Source of the DNA: Octopus vulgaris
Lineage: Eukaryota
Reading direction: 5' to 3'
Length of the DNA stretch: 64,000 bases
Assembly: GCA_951406725.2 (NCBI GenBank)
Contig: OX597832.1
Location: 71,238,001-71,302,000, forward strand
The notes beneath the pieces are model-generated. The model did no database searches and was not told the origin of the DNA. It was given only the letters and a program-made list of their open reading frames with translations. A program made the translations under genes and the position numbers. Positions 24,455-38,879 of the stretch are shown here, piece after piece. How positions within the stretch are numbered: position 1 is the stretch's first letter; each line of letters starts with the position of its first letter.

Positions 24455-25494
24455 GCATATATATCATCGACAGAAGTTAGAGAGTAAGTCAAAAGCTGAG
24501 AGTTTCGTGTATTGGCACTTATCAAACAAGAATTTGTCCATTGTCACTCTAACTTGTGACGAAATAACTTCTAAAATACAAATTTTGTCAAAAACGTTAA
24601 CCCTGTTGTATGTGACACATTGTACCACTATCAGATGTTTCTAAGTATTTAATTTTAAAAAAATTAATTAAATAATCTGTACGTCAAATTGAATAGATCC
24701 GAAATGGATAAAAGGCAAGGTCGACCTCAGCGGAATTTGAACTCAAAATGTAAACACAGGTGAAATACCACTAAACATTTATTTTAGCAATATATTCTTT
24801 ATTCTTATTCCTAAGCATTACTCCTCACTTCCTTACTGACATAAAATTTCGTGGCATTTCACACCATAACTTTTCTTCTACTAATTTTTGTTCAATGCGA
24901 CTAACGATTCTGAATTCCTTATGCATTTTTAATTTAAGCCTAAGAAAAGTATACTTTTATTTTAGAATTAAAAAGTTTATGTTAATTGAAGGTGAATAGG
25001 TGCCTTACTGCTCTACTTGAGATCGTAGATATGTTGATGTAACTTTTTTCTACTGAACCAAATCTTAAACTATTTATGCCAAAGTGTAGCTGAGGAGGTG
25101 TCCTCTTTAAAACTGTTAACAGTTTGCAATTTAGTTGAGAACGGAATTAGTGGTGAAGCTTGGAAGCTGCTGCGATTGACGAAATGGTGGACTTAATATA
25201 TTCAGCCACTACTGTGGTTGAATGATATTGGTGTTACCGTTGTATCGCTTTGTATCAACCCCAATCCAACAGAACTTTAAGTAAGTATTCTTGTATTTCA
25301 CACACGCGCGTGCATATGTATAAATGAAATAGTGAGATGTGATGTGAAAGGATTTTTTTTTTGCAAGTTGAGCGACCGATTGAAGTTCCCTCGTTGTTTT
25401 CAATGTTGTTGTCATGTCTTCTCTGTCTTTTTCGCACACACACACACACACACTAGAAGTGAACTCCTAATTTACCAAATCCATGACGTATCAT

Positions 25495-25845
25495 CAGGGC
25501 CGTCGCTATGCCTCTGCAACCCTTGCAGTCGCAAGAGGCCTCCGCGGTTGAGGAGCCCATGTTGAGATCGAAGTACGAAGATGAGTCATCTATTTACTTT
25601 GGTTAAGATGTTGAACAAGAATTAAACTATGTTAACTGAAAATTTCAAGAAATAAAATGGTAATACATTGTACCTGAAAACATTATTGTAAAAAATTTTA
25701 CATTGTACCATGAACGTGTACCAGACTTTGTGGATTGTGTCTGAAATCGATTGAACACAAACTTAGCACTCAGCTTGTTCTTTCTGAATTGATCGATGAT
25801 TTAGCAGAACGAAAAGTGCGCCGTGTTTGTCTTTGAAAGTTGCTT
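25495..25845 (+). mobile_element. hAT transposon remnant
   Basis: Starts with CAGGGCCGTC (TIR-like) and encodes LIDDLAERKVRRVCL*, which resembles the hAT/ZMYM1-like transposase C-terminus IDxFAxxKxRR. Confidence 0.45.
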
Positions 25846-25998
25846 GGAATATAAAACTGCTCTTTTATTCATATCTGGAAGTTTTACTTATTGAAATTTA
25901 TAATAGGCTTGAATAAATTTAACCTGTACTTTTAAAGATATTCTTTAGGATGACGCGAACTATTGAACTTCAAATAGAATAAAAAATAGAATATAGCT

Positions 25999-27885
25999 AT
26001 GAATAAAAGGTGTGTATGCATAGCACTCGTGGAAACTCACCTCAGCCCTGATGTAGAGGATGCAAAAGCACATGTACCAACCTATGCCATACTGCGAACA
26101 GACAGAAGGGAAAGGAGCTATGGTGGAGTTGCTGTATACATCCGTGACGACCTCACACCCCAAGTCTTACTGTCATACTCAAATTCGGTATGTGGCACTT
26201 TAATTGTATACATAAGACAACATAATATAGTCATATGCAATACATATTGCCCACCAGATGCTCCAAACCACATAGGCAAGTTTGAAGATTGCCTCACAAG
26301 AATTAAAGAGATCTTCATGAAACTGGAACACCACGTGACCATATTTCTTATGGATGATTTGAACTTCCCCAACGTCAAATGGCCCGAAGGTCTCATACAC
26401 TCATGAATGACTCATTGCAAGCAAGCACAGGTGGAGTCCCTGCTCAACCACACCAATGCCCTATTCATGGAGCAAGCTATACTCAGACCGACTAGGGCGA
26501 ATAACATTCTGGATCTCTGCTTCACGAACAATTTGGACATCATTCATGATGTGAAAGTGACGCCAGCATTAGTCTCGGATCACAACATAATAGAGCTGTC
26601 TATGTTTGGGCCGAAAGTAACCAGGGACATACAGCCTAAAGGAAGCCCCCGAAATCTTTCCAATCTGAACTTCCACAAAGCAGACTGGAAATCGATCCAA
26701 AAAGAGTTCCTCGGAGAGGACTGGCCAAAATGTCTCTCCACACCAGATATTGACATGAAACTAGAATGTTTCATGTCTGTTGTTCAAGCCGTATGCCAGA
26801 AATCTGTCCTGGAGCACAAGGCCAAAACAAATAGGAACAAGATTCCAAGGGAGAGGAAGATCCTCATGACACGACGGATGAAGGTTGCAAATCGACTCAA
26901 CCAACATCACAAAAGTAGCGAAAGGTCCCACCTAAAAACAACACTGATGGAGATCGAAAAAAGGCTGCAACAATCCTATGTGAAAAAGAAAAGCAGAAAA
27001 GAAGCCTGGGTTATAAAAAACATTAAGTCAAACCCAAAGGCCTTATTTCATTACGCGAAAGAAACAGCCTCAGTACACTGCAAGATAGGACCCCTCTTCC
27101 AAATGAATGGCTCCCTCACAGACAGTCCAACTAAGATCAGTGAGATACTGAATGACCAGTTCAAAAGTGTCTTTACTACTCCATTGGAACACAGACAAGT
27201 GAACAAACCAGTGGACTTTTTTGCCGCCTCACCTATAACCAGCGAGGCAGTTACAATGGAATAGATTGACATTAGTGAAGAAGATATACTACTAGCCATA
27301 GATGAAGTGGACACAAACTCAACTGTTGATCCTGATGGTTTCCCAGCAATCCTCCTCAAATCATGTAAGCATGCCCTGTCAAAACCCCTCCAGATTCTCT
27401 TCCTGATCTTTCTTGCAAACTGGCAAGCAAGCTGAAGGAGGGAATAATATGCCCAATACATAAAGGGGGAAGCAAAGCAGATGCCAAAAACTATAGGCCT
27501 ATCTCTCTGACTTCACACATCAGCAAAGTCATGGAACGGATAGTCAGAGGGAAACTAATCGCATTCCTTGAAGAAAATAACTTGCTGAGTGATACCCAGC
27601 ATGGCTTTCGACCAGGTAGGAACTGCCTGACCCAGCTCTTACAGCATTATGACTGGGTGTTGAGGCAGTTACTCAACAACTCAAATGTGGACATAATATA
27701 CCTTGATTTTGCAAAAGCTTTTGACAAGGTAGATCATAGTATGATATGCCACAAACTGCGTGATCTTGGCATAGCTGGAAAACTTGGAGAGTGGTTACAT
27801 TACTTTCTGAAAGATAGGAGTCAGGCAGTAGTGGTTAATGGAGCCACCTCTATGAACATACAAATAGTGAGTGGTGTTCCACAGG
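25999..27885 (+). pseudogene. CR1/L2-group LINE ORF2 fragment (AP endonuclease plus N-terminal RT), 3'-truncated
   Basis: ALVETHL, RTDR..GGVAVYI, DLNFP, PTRANNILDLCFTN, SDHN; then NYRPISLTS, QHGFR, YLDFAKAFDKVDH, SGVPQ. Contains stops and frameshifts. Confidence 0.9.
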
Positions 27886-28199
27886 AAAGCTGTCATTTTG
27901 TGCGTGACAGCACGTGTTGTCAGCTGTACACAAACCAAATTCTGCTATACACACGCCATATAACTTCTTTGTTTTGGGGAATTTTCAAAAAAGTTTTGTG
28001 ACTTTGTATTCTACACTCGAAAATTCATGCGATTATCCAAAAGTAAAACAAAAAGTTTTTGGTGTGTGATTTAAACCCAAAATTTGAAAACTTTAAAAGC
28101 CAATAACTCTTTATTTATTGATTTATTGCAAAAATTAATTTTAAAGCAGTGATTAGCATATAAAACCATATCATTACACTGAATATGGAATCAATTCAA

Positions 28200-29060
28200 G
28201 CAGGAATTGAAGAGATTGTAAATTGGCAGCCAAACAGAAAAGATCCTTCATATCTTCTGCGTCACATAAACTCACAGAGATGTGAGTCAACTATAGAACA
28301 GTGGGCACCACAGCATCATTTATTACTTCGTTTTAGAGAGGCCAATATACTTTCCCCTTGTTGTGTGTGTACGTTCTGTCCAGTTAATAAACTCAATGCT
28401 GTGGTTCAGTGTTCTTTGTCAATAATCATAACCATTAATTTCAGGAATGTGAGAGTAGATCCTCCACAAGTCACTGAAAATTATGGTTCCTGGAAGAATC
28501 GAATGATGCATGCATTCCTCCAGTGTGTTGCGATTCTGACATAGCACCACATAAAGAAAAATATGTCTGGTCTTGCAACACACACCTTCAAAAACCCAAT
28601 GCTCAGGATGGACCCTTTGTGGTCATATTTACATCTCAAGAAAACTGTTTCGTCTGTCTCAACAATCTTCCCAGGACCACTAATTTGAACTAGTTTGCAG
28701 AGCAGGTCCTCCGCACATATTTCACAAACATAGCTGTTACAATCAACTGCTCAGCAGTGACACATCCCCAGTTCTTCAACACAAAGCCACAGTGAAGTCA
28801 GTTCCTTGACCCATGAGTAAAGGGTGCCACCTTCCAACTATTTTTTTTTTCTGACAAACTCAGACTCCTTGGATCCTTTTGGGGAGCACCACCAGTAACT
28901 GTTCCTGCCAAGAATCTTTCACTTCATATAATGGTTTTTGTGCATAATTTTCTTTGATGGATAACACCCTTCTTTTGCAAGTAAGAAATCACATCTTCCT
29001 CGGTTTTCAATTTGTCCATTTTATATGAAAGGTTACATGAGGTGGTTGCAGTCATATTTC
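28200..29060 (-). pseudogene. Merlin (IS1595-like) DDE transposase pseudogene
   Basis: Minus frames give MDKLKTEEDVISYLQKKGVI, VQISGPGKIVETDETVFLRCKYD and ILPGTIIFSDLWRIY, matching Merlin GGxGxxVEIDE and I.PGT.I.SD.W..Y. Confidence 0.8.
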
Positions 29061-29587
29061 TATTTAGGTTGAAAACGTCTAGGAAAATACAACCAAAAAT
29101 ATTCATGCTATCTCTGGTTGCATGACATGATTATATATCATGTATGTATTATTTTTAGAAAAAAGGGAAGGAGAAAGGAAAAAAAAGGAAGAAAGAAAAT
29201 GTAAGAGAGGGAGAAAGAAGGGAAAAAACAAAGGAAGAAGAAACTATATGTATAATGCATTAATTAGAAGTAGTGTTACAGATGTGTCAGCATGCATAAG
29301 CCTGAGACATGGCCACCTTCACGCACTTCTTACGAGGAATTCCAGAAGGAACTTCTTGAGGCCACAGCAGAGACACTTCTGGAAAAGTAAAAGGGAAAAG
29401 AAAAAAACATTGGAAAACTGATTGTAGCAGTCACTCAATCAATCCCTAGAGATATCTGAAGAAGGAATTTATATATTCTGAAATATTATATCAGACTATG
29501 GATGATTAAACTACATTAATTATTATAGTCCATTGTTGTTATTATAGTGCTTTGTTGTGCCATTCAAAGCACATTATTACTATTTAC

Positions 29588-29618
<31 letters not shown>

Positions 29619-30359
29619 ATGTAGTGGATCTTGCAAGCATGAAGTAGATTCGATCCACCATAGCCAAATTTAAATTAATACTGCAACAGAACTTTTCCCA
29701 CGGTGGAACAATGGTTTTTCTCCAACAGCGGTTTTACATTTGCCAGATTGCCTTCAGCTAGGCCAAAATAATGTCTTCACCACTTGACCCTTTTTAACCT
29801 CTTCTACTTCACCAAAAGCTAGAATAGAGATAACAAGACCATCAACTAAATCTATTGTTCTCAATGATATATCTATCCTTCTGGATAGTTATAAAAGCAA
29901 GAACATCCTAAGCAAAAATCAGTCGGTGATGACTCAACCAAGTAGTCACTTGGCAACAACTGAGCGAGGTGACTCGTGACGACTCAATTAGTTAGGGAAC
30001 GGACTGCTGAAATCATGATCAAAAGGAATGCAGCTACTAAAGAACCAATTAGCAAGAGAAATGAAATTTACTGTCAGCAACTGTGAGACAACGTCCTACA
30101 ACCCTACAACTTTCACTAACTCCAATTCTGTTCTCTTACAACATCTATTGCTATCTGTGGATTACTACTAACAATTTGTGTACATCAAACTATACAAAAA
30201 ACAAAATTCTACTACATTTAACTTTCTTTCGCATGCATTTAGATTTATCATAACCTGCCCATCGAGGTATGGTATTTTTCAATGTAACGGTAAATAAATA
30301 CTTCATGCATTGCTCATCTTTCACATCCTATAACATGCCGTTATAATAACAAATTTTTA

Positions 30360-30495
30360 TTGTTACAACTGCTGACTCTGTACCTAATCAATCTTACCTG
30401 TTACAATTGGTAATTATACACCAATTAAAACCTTACTGTTACAATTGGTGACCCTCGACTTCAATTAAAAACTTTTTTGTTACAATTGGTAACCC
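30360..30495. repeat. Degenerate ~38-bp minisatellite
   Basis: The core TGTTACAA(T/C)TG(G/C)T recurs four times. Confidence 0.6.
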
Positions 30496-30537
30496 CGTGG
30501 AAAAAGAATCACTGCCTTCTGAAGCTGCATTACCAGC

Positions 30538-30568
<31 letters not shown>

Positions 30569-33500
30569 TTCATCATTATCATCATCCTTTAACATCTGTT
30601 TTTCATGCTGGCATGAGTTGGATGGTTTGATCAGAGTTGCATCAGGTTCCATATATGTACCGCTTTGTTTTCACTCAGCAAATTTATTTGTACACCTTTG
30701 GTTGGCCTGAGCTATAGTAGAAGACACATTGGAAAGTGAACTTCTTAACCACACAAGTTTACCTCCACAGTGTAGCCATAACTGTATAGTTACAGAGATC
30801 GGTTTACAACTCTGTAGGTATCACTATCAAGTTTTGAAAATATTTAAATGTAATTTTTACTATTCTTTTTCTTGGAGAGTATTCAAAAAGAAACATTTTA
30901 ATACCTCATTTGTGAAATTTGGATAAATATTTTACGAAATATGACAATTTGAATGGTCAGTGAGTTGCCTAATTAGACCCAAATAAAGTAGCAATATTTG
31001 TGATGTCATATCTTTGAAACTGAGGTGATTAGCATCTTCAAATTACACGAATTAATAGTGTCCATAGTATAGTAGTTGCCTATATTATTCAAGTTCTTGA
31101 AAATGAACCATTTTGGGGGCAATTTTTTAAAATATCTATGTAAAGCTTATTCAGTTGGATATGACTGACAATTTAGCAATAGGAGTGTAAGCTTTCCATG
31201 TGTTTTCAGACCTAGCTAAACCCAAAAGTACAAGCCACAGAGACTTGAATTTTGGTACATTTGTAGCAGGTATAGAACTGAATAAATCCCAAGATTTTGG
31301 AACATGATACTATTTCAATAAAATTTTAACAGACTATTAAAAATGGCTATAAATGTCAGAGTTTCAGATTAGGATGCCCATGTAAGTTGGATTTTCTCAA
31401 TTTTCATTGGGATTTTTTTCCAGCCTTGAGAATTATGAAAAGCTTTTTAGGAAAAAAAATTTTGGAAGATTTATGATTTGTTGCACCCACCAAGGGAAAA
31501 CAATCCCAAGACAAATCAGTAGCACTTGTGAAAATGTAAACACTAACCACAAATTATCTGACAGTGTTCAGAATTGGATTTTACATGTACAAGAATATCT
31601 GCTAGGTAAAATTCAGACATTACTTTCCACATGTTGTTAAGACAGTGAAAGGATACAAACAACATTCTCAAAACAATGATTTCTTACTAATTTTGGGCTC
31701 TAGAGGACTTATGTTGCTCAACTTGCTACATTTTTTAGTAGAAATATATATTTACTTAGTAATTAGTTCATCCATTTTTTTAACATCTGGCTCAAACTCG
31801 ATATTTGAGGCCTTGGATTCATGTTCTGTTACAGCTCTCACTACACGGGAATACACCAGTTTACAAGTAGCATCAGTATGTGTTAATCCTGTATGAATAG
31901 CCATGGTAGTACCCTGTTTATTGACTTTGAACTTTTTCATCATCTCATCACCAGATTTGGCAATAGCCATATTGTATTCTCAAGTAAATATGTTAGTATA
32001 AACTAACAATAAAATTTTTACTTTTATATTTCATAATGATTATCTGACCTACCCCCATTGATTTTTATGTCAAAATAAAGCAGAAAGAATCCTCTTCATG
32101 ACTATCATTTTCAACACAAATCAAGTCATAGTGCTCCAGAGCATTGAACTAGAATGAGAGCTGCCATACAATAGTAAAAAACAAAAATGGGACAAATGTG
32201 TGAATGGGTGGAAATAGCTAGGTGATTGCGGAAACTGGACATGATATGTAAGAGTTGAATTTTAATCAAAAGAATATGAGAGGAAAGTTCACATCCAGAA
32301 CATTCAAATAATATATAATTATCCATGGAAAAATGCATTTTGATCAAGCAAAAAGTGGATTTTTGCATGGTCAAACTGTGCTTGTCTCTCTTCCATGGAG
32401 CTTTATAGTGATACCTACTATAACGTACTGTATTTGGTAGATGGAAATTATGGAGAAGTTAACTGCATATGTACATTAATTCTTTCATAGCATTCAGGGT
32501 GTTTCAGGATTTTTTTGGGGTGTTGCCCAAAAGTTTTGAAAAATATAGCACTCTAGCAGGCAGGTTGGGCAACACTTTGTAGGTCCAGCAAACTCCTGTT
32601 CTAGTAAGAGTTGACTCTCTTTTTTTTTACTGTTGCCCATAAAACTTTGGTCCTGATTTTTTTGTGTTGGCTTGGCTAGAAAGTGTGTTGCCCAGGCAAC
32701 TAGGGCAACATCCCTGCATCTGCCACTGGTATTAGTACATGGCCCCAGTTCTTTTGATATTAAGTAGTGTGATACTGATTTCCTGCCGGAGTTCCCTAGA
32801 GTTATATTGAATTATATTTCATTTAAACACATCAAAGTACCTACAATGAAATAATGAACTCATAGTAAAGTAGTCAAGCGGATAAGGCTTTGAACTTGCT
32901 AACCATAAAGTCATTTGCAATACACGTTTTCTTAAATTTCTGAGCTCAATGCTTTACATCAGTTCACTATTAAATAAATAGAAGTTCGTCATTGTTGAAG
33001 GAAAACCTCCATAGCTGCTTACCCGTTAATAGTTCCGTCTGATTACAAAATGATAACAAAATTGTCTCTGTTGATTAGAATAGTAGAATAAACAAGGGTG
33101 TATAACCCACAAGTCCATCATCTAATACTTTACCTACTCAGCCGTTTTACGTAATTAAATTCAACACACATGCTTTATCATGTGTTTTATTGAAGTAGCG
33201 TCATTCATACTAAATTTACAACTCAACTGAGGCCTTTCTGAGAGGAAAAGAGACTTTGATGATGAAAGTGTGCGAAACACGTTAGATAATCGACATTACA
33301 GCTTCTGCATAACTGATTAGCTCTCTTGTTTAGCGAACATTTTTTTTTTTAATATTTGTTTGCATGAAGTTTCCTTATTTCTTTCTAATCTAATAATGAT
33401 TTTTTCAAACTGGCACAAAGCCACAAATTTATAAGGTGAAATATTCAAATGAATCAACTCCTGTACATGCCTGCTATGTTTTTTTAGTTTTTTATTTACA

Positions 33501-33869
33501 AAAGAAATGAAGGTGAAAAGTTGTTTTCTGAAATGTAAAATGTAGAATATTGAAACTAAATGCTTTAAGTACCATTTTTGTTTGTTTAAATAGAATATCT
33601 TCTCTGACATCCAAAGCATCTGTATGATTCTCAGAAGGCAGAGTTTAGTAGAACTTGGAACAACAGATATTTGTGTGCACATGATCAATCACCCAATTGC
33701 TTGCATTTGATTAAATTTTACAAAAAAATCCTGGTATAGGACCACACAGCATAATTACAACTATATACTTACATGCTGCCCCTCTCTCACTACTACTTGG
33801 CATATACATATATGCATACATACGTATGTATTCAAAAAACTTTCTCTGAACTTGTCTAGCCATGAATAT

Positions 33870-34705
33870 TATATCTGTTGCACATCAGCTTGGGCCGACG
33901 CCACAGAGAGATTTTGGTAAGATCCTATCTGTGATGTCAGCATTTAGCTTTCTCAGAAGTATAACAGCAACGATTTTTAAGGGCCACTGCCAACAGTGCA
34001 ATATCACAGTGTTTTTCATTCTCTCACATGATCCTTTACCTTTCTACAAAGGTATCATGATAACACCTTGCCATTCTTTAAGCATTTTACCAGTTGCCCA
34101 GACGTCCCATATTATCCTGTGCTTAAGGAGCACCATGTACTCACCACCATGACAATAACTCTCTGCAAAGGCACTACCCTTGGTAGCCACCTTGCCAGTA
34201 TTTAACTGATCAATGGCTGATTTTATTTTGTTGATAGTTGGAGAATTGTTGAGGCTTTCAACAACTGGACACCGGTCAAGGCTATCCAGTGCAATAGAAT
34301 CTACTTCTGCATCTCTGTTGAGCAGATTAGAGAAGTGCTGTTTCTATCTTAGTTGAGATCTTATTAATGCTAGTTTAGAGACCTTTCCAAGCCTTAGGGC
34401 AGATAGGAGCAACAGTCGCTACTCTTGGTACAAAGCCTTGCCTCATAAGATTGTAGAGCTTTTTGCTATTCTTGCTATCTCCTGCAGTTTGTATTTCAGC
34501 TGCAAGGACTTCCCACCAAGTCCTTTGCATGGCATAAAGATTCTGCTGAGCCTCAGACTGGTTTCTTTCAACAGAATTCCAAGATGCTTTCAAAAGTCGG
34601 ATGAGATGCTTTCTTGTAAGAGTTGATGATGTATCTATCTCTTTCTTACCAAAATGCTCTGCATTGCTTCATTGTTGTTATCAAACCAGTCCTTGTTTTT
34701 AGCTG
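33870..34705 (-). pseudogene. RTE (BovB-like) LINE ORF2 fragment
   Basis: Minus frames give DWFDNNNEAMQ, WWEVLAAEIQTAGDSKNSKKLY, HFSNLLNRD, SPTINKIKSAIDQLNTGK and EWQGVIMIPL. Confidence 0.75.
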
Positions 34706-36559
34706 GACTAGATCTGATAGAATAGATAATTTCAATATAAAAATGGGCAGGCTCCAATGACTCAGCACAGGTCACAGACCTTGTTGGAATATATTTAACA
34801 GATATATGTTACTGATGAGAGATTATTTAAAATTTGTTGGGCAGTGTGATATGCACCAACTTAATCAATAGAAGATAAAAGATATATTTCTTGCAGATTT
34901 TATTTTTCTTTGAATTCAGTGTTAGGAACAGCACATAAAAGCTGTAACAGTCTGCTGTTTTACAGTGGGGAGGGTAAATTAATTATGATAAGTCTTTCAC
35001 ATTTGTGGTAGCATTTGTGTCAGTTGTAGGTGTTAGGAAGAAATTGGCATGCTAGAGAGAGAAAGACATGTGGTATTTAAAAGTAAAATGAACTGTCCTA
35101 AAATATTTGGAGAGAGAGCAAGCTCCTTCAGCAATGTGCCAGGTGAAAGAAAAAGAATTCTATCTAGTGTTCTGTATTTATATATATCAAAAATTGAGAA
35201 CAAAGGAATAAAGTGTGTTTATTTCAGTTGAACAAAATTTAACCTAAGATGTTAAGTGAAATTATAAGACTTATCTAAGTATGACAGTTGACTCTCATAT
35301 TCTAAGTGGTAATGCCAAGAACAATGGAAAGGAGCTTACAGAAAAATCTAGACTAAGGTTTCAATTCCTTGTTAAGAATCCAGATAACAATCTGCTTCAT
35401 CACTCCCTGCTTTCATGAATTTTCAAAAACGAATGGTTCTAGGAAAAATTAGAGAAATGAGCACAATGTGAAAATTGAACAATGTTTTGAATTGTGAATC
35501 ATGAATCTAAAGTGTATAAGATACAGATGGATGTGATGCAAGGTCAGAAAGATCATAGATATCAGAAGAGAGAATCTGAGGTGACGTATACAAGACAACA
35601 AGTATACAGATGCATATCCAAGTAAGTTTGAATTGCATGCAGTATTGCTTGTGTGCAGAGTGTGCAGTCTGACTTTGTGTGTGTCAACTTCATGTGTATT
35701 GGTAGTGTTAAGTGAGCTTGTGCATGATTTGGTATCAGATTGTATATACATGTGTGAAACCGGTACAATTGCAGACTTTCGTTGAAAGGATCTGAGATGA
35801 AAGAATGCCATAGTATAAGAGGGTGCCATAGTATAATAAAAAATTGCCCTCTTTCTCTTATTTCCCTCATTGGTCACCTGAACAAAATATGTATAAATTT
35901 ACTAAGTATAACCTACACCAACACACTTGCCCCTTTTGTTTATCCATTCTAGCCTTTATGACATCATTGCTTTCTCTCCTATTTCCATCCTCACTCACCT
36001 GATCAGAAGAATACATCTGAAGTTACTGAGTACTTTTTAAATTTACTGTATACTAGACACATGACCCCTGAGCTGGTGCTATTGTGGAAAAGTCCCACCT
36101 CACACACTGTCTAGAGTGATTGATGATTGAGACATCTTTAGCGCTGGGGTCATGAAAAATGCACCTAGAAGACACTGTAAAATAAACAGAGAATGCATAG
36201 GATTGTGAGTCTATAATATTGTCTAGCTGAGGATTAACAATCCCTTTATTTATCTGTAGAATCTAAATGAAATGACAGGTACGAGCACAAGTCTGTGACA
36301 GCAGGAGATGCCAATAAGAAATGACTCGCACTGTGACAACTTGTCCAGCCCATGCCAGCATAGAAAATGAATGTAAAATGATTATGATGATATTCTCCAT
36401 TGACCCATGCAAGCATAGCAAAATAGATGTTAATATAATGATGATGATGCATCTTTCCTGGGTTGATACAATCAACTTAGCCCCTCCCACAAAACTGCTG
36501 TCCTTGTGCCAAAATTTGAAACCAATATAATGATGGTGATGATAATGGTTATACTACTC

Positions 36560-36700
36560 TTGGAGTGTTTGGCATTAGGAAGGGCATCCAGTGTAGAAAC
36601 ATTGCCAGATCAGATTGGAGCCTGGTGCAGCCACTGGCTCTCCAGACCTCACTCAAACCGTCCAACCCATGCCACATGGAAAACAGACGTTAAACAATGA
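36560..36700. mobile_element. SINE family 3 / LINE-tail-like repeat (copies at 38570-38840 and 51146-51445 in the opposite orientation)
   Basis: GGCATTAGGAAGGGCATCCAG..GGAGCCTGGTGCAG..GACGTTAAACAATGAT recurs reverse-complemented at the other sites. Confidence 0.65.
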
Positions 36701-37621
36701 TCACAATCATCATCATGATGTATATATACACATACATACACAATACATGAATGTACACAAACACAAACACACACACACGTGCATGCACATATATACATAC
36801 TTACATGCACATGCACATTTATACATACACACACACATACACTTACATACACACATACACACACATGCACACACACAAATATGTACTATGTATGTGTGTG
36901 TATGATCATACATGTAGAGACGCATGCACACATAACATACATGCATGATACAACACTGAATCACATATACCTATACAGATATAGAAATATATCTGTTTTC
37001 TTTCGAATGGACTAATCTTTTAAACTATCAAGTTATTCCCCAAGAATAGCTTCAATCTGGCATAAATTATACTGGTTGATATTTTCACTTCTAGGCACAA
37101 AACTGATTGGTATCTACAAAATGTTCTTCACAAATTAAAATAATAATCTTTGAGCAATGTATCTTGAATAATTATCAAACTGCTGTTGTTAAACTGTCAA
37201 CAAACCATTTTCTGTTTTCTACAGATCATCAATACACTGCCTCTATCATGATGTCTCTTATCTAAATCACCTACATCTATTGATCAGAAAATGATTCTAT
37301 AAAGTTATTTATGAGAGTGTATATATGGTCATATGTAATATAGATTTGTGTGACAGTAATGATTGTGTGTGTTTTTATGTATATGTATATATATTTTTTC
37401 AATATATATATATATATATATAGTTTTTGGTGCAAGATACAACGAAAATTTTAGGAAAATAAGAATAAGAAATAAGTGGAAATTTTACTGAAAAAGAAAA
37501 TGATTCTCCCCAGACACAACAGTATACACACACACACATATATTCAATGTACATTGTATGTATGTGTATGCATGTATGCATATATATCCATATACAAACA
37601 CTAAGAAGTATGTGCGTGTGT

Positions 37622-38385
37622 ATTGTGTCATCCCATAAATAATGCAGTTTTTTTATACTTCTTTTATTTTTTCAAAATTAAGATCGACAAAGTTCTTTTT
37701 TAATCTAAAATATACTCTCCTTCATTTTATACAATGCTCTTCCATCTATCTGGTAGACTTGCAAATATGTGAATATGGTGGATGGGGCATCATTTCCCAT
37801 TTAAACTGCTCCAGCCTTTGGAATATTATCCTCGCTGTACGTGGCCAAGCATTATCCTGATGGAAGAACACATTTAATCTTAAAATCAAAGATGGTCGTT
37901 TTTCTTCTAGCGCTGGCTTGCTTGACTGGTTGAATGACCAAATCCAAGAATTTCTGCTAGTTTGTCAATGGTTACAATGAGACTTTGTTCCACCAGGGTT
38001 TGCAAGACGTCCTTGCCATGCTCTACAGATCCTCCAGGACAAGAGGCTGCAGTTTCTGGCTCAGAATTTCTGGAACCTCTGTTGACACTGGCTATCCCCA
38101 TATACTGCATTAATATTCTTCACACTTTCCATTGCACAGTTGTCTTTATTGAACTCATAAAGCAAAATATGTCAAATATACTCCTTTGTTACTTCAATTA
38201 TGGCTTTGAAAAAAATAACTGCTAAAATCGAACTGTACTCTTCAAAACTTGCACTAAGAATAAATACAAAGTAAAATTACTACCTGCTTTTATAGCAAGT
38301 TGATGCAGGTAGTTTATCCTGTCCCCCTCTGACTTTTAGTTTATGCAATTGAAAAAAAATGCATTATGTATGGCATATCCTAATA
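37622..38385 (-). mobile_element. Internally deleted mariner (Mos1-like) element with both TIRs
   Basis: TIR-like ends ATTGTGTCATCCCATAAATAATGCAG / TGCATTATGTATGGCATATCCTAATA. Minus frames give LQTLVEQSLIVTIDKLAEILGFGHST and a degenerate copy of the HPPYS region. Homologous to 54880-56305. Confidence 0.75.
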
Positions 38386-38449
38386 GATATTTGTGTGTAT
38401 ATGTATATGTATGTGTATGTATGTATGTATGTATGTATATTATGTGTGC

Positions 38450-38515
<66 letters not shown>

Positions 38516-38879
38516 CCAAGACATATACATATGTATTATATATTTATTTGTGTATATATTATCATCATCATCATCATTTAACATGTTTTCCCTGCTGGCA
38601 AGCCAAAGATCTGAACCAGGCTCCAACTGTCTGTTTTGGGATGGTTTCTATTGCTGGATGCCCTTCCTAACACCAACCACTTTACAGAGTGTACCATGTG
38701 CTTTTTGTGGTACTAGCACCAGTGCTTTATATATGGTACCAGCTTGGGGGCATTATAAATGGTACTAGCACAGTTGTTTTATATGTAGCATTATGGATGC
38801 ATTTTACCTGGCACCAGCACAGGTGCTTTTTACATGCTGCAAAACATTGGCAAACTTCTTCCTTTCTGCTTCTCACCTA

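Noticed and set aside
34750-35850. Possible MULE/SWIM transposase relic ending in a TIR-like GGTGCCATAGTATAATAAAAAATTGCC
   Set aside because: Too degenerate to support catalytic motifs or a matching second TIR.
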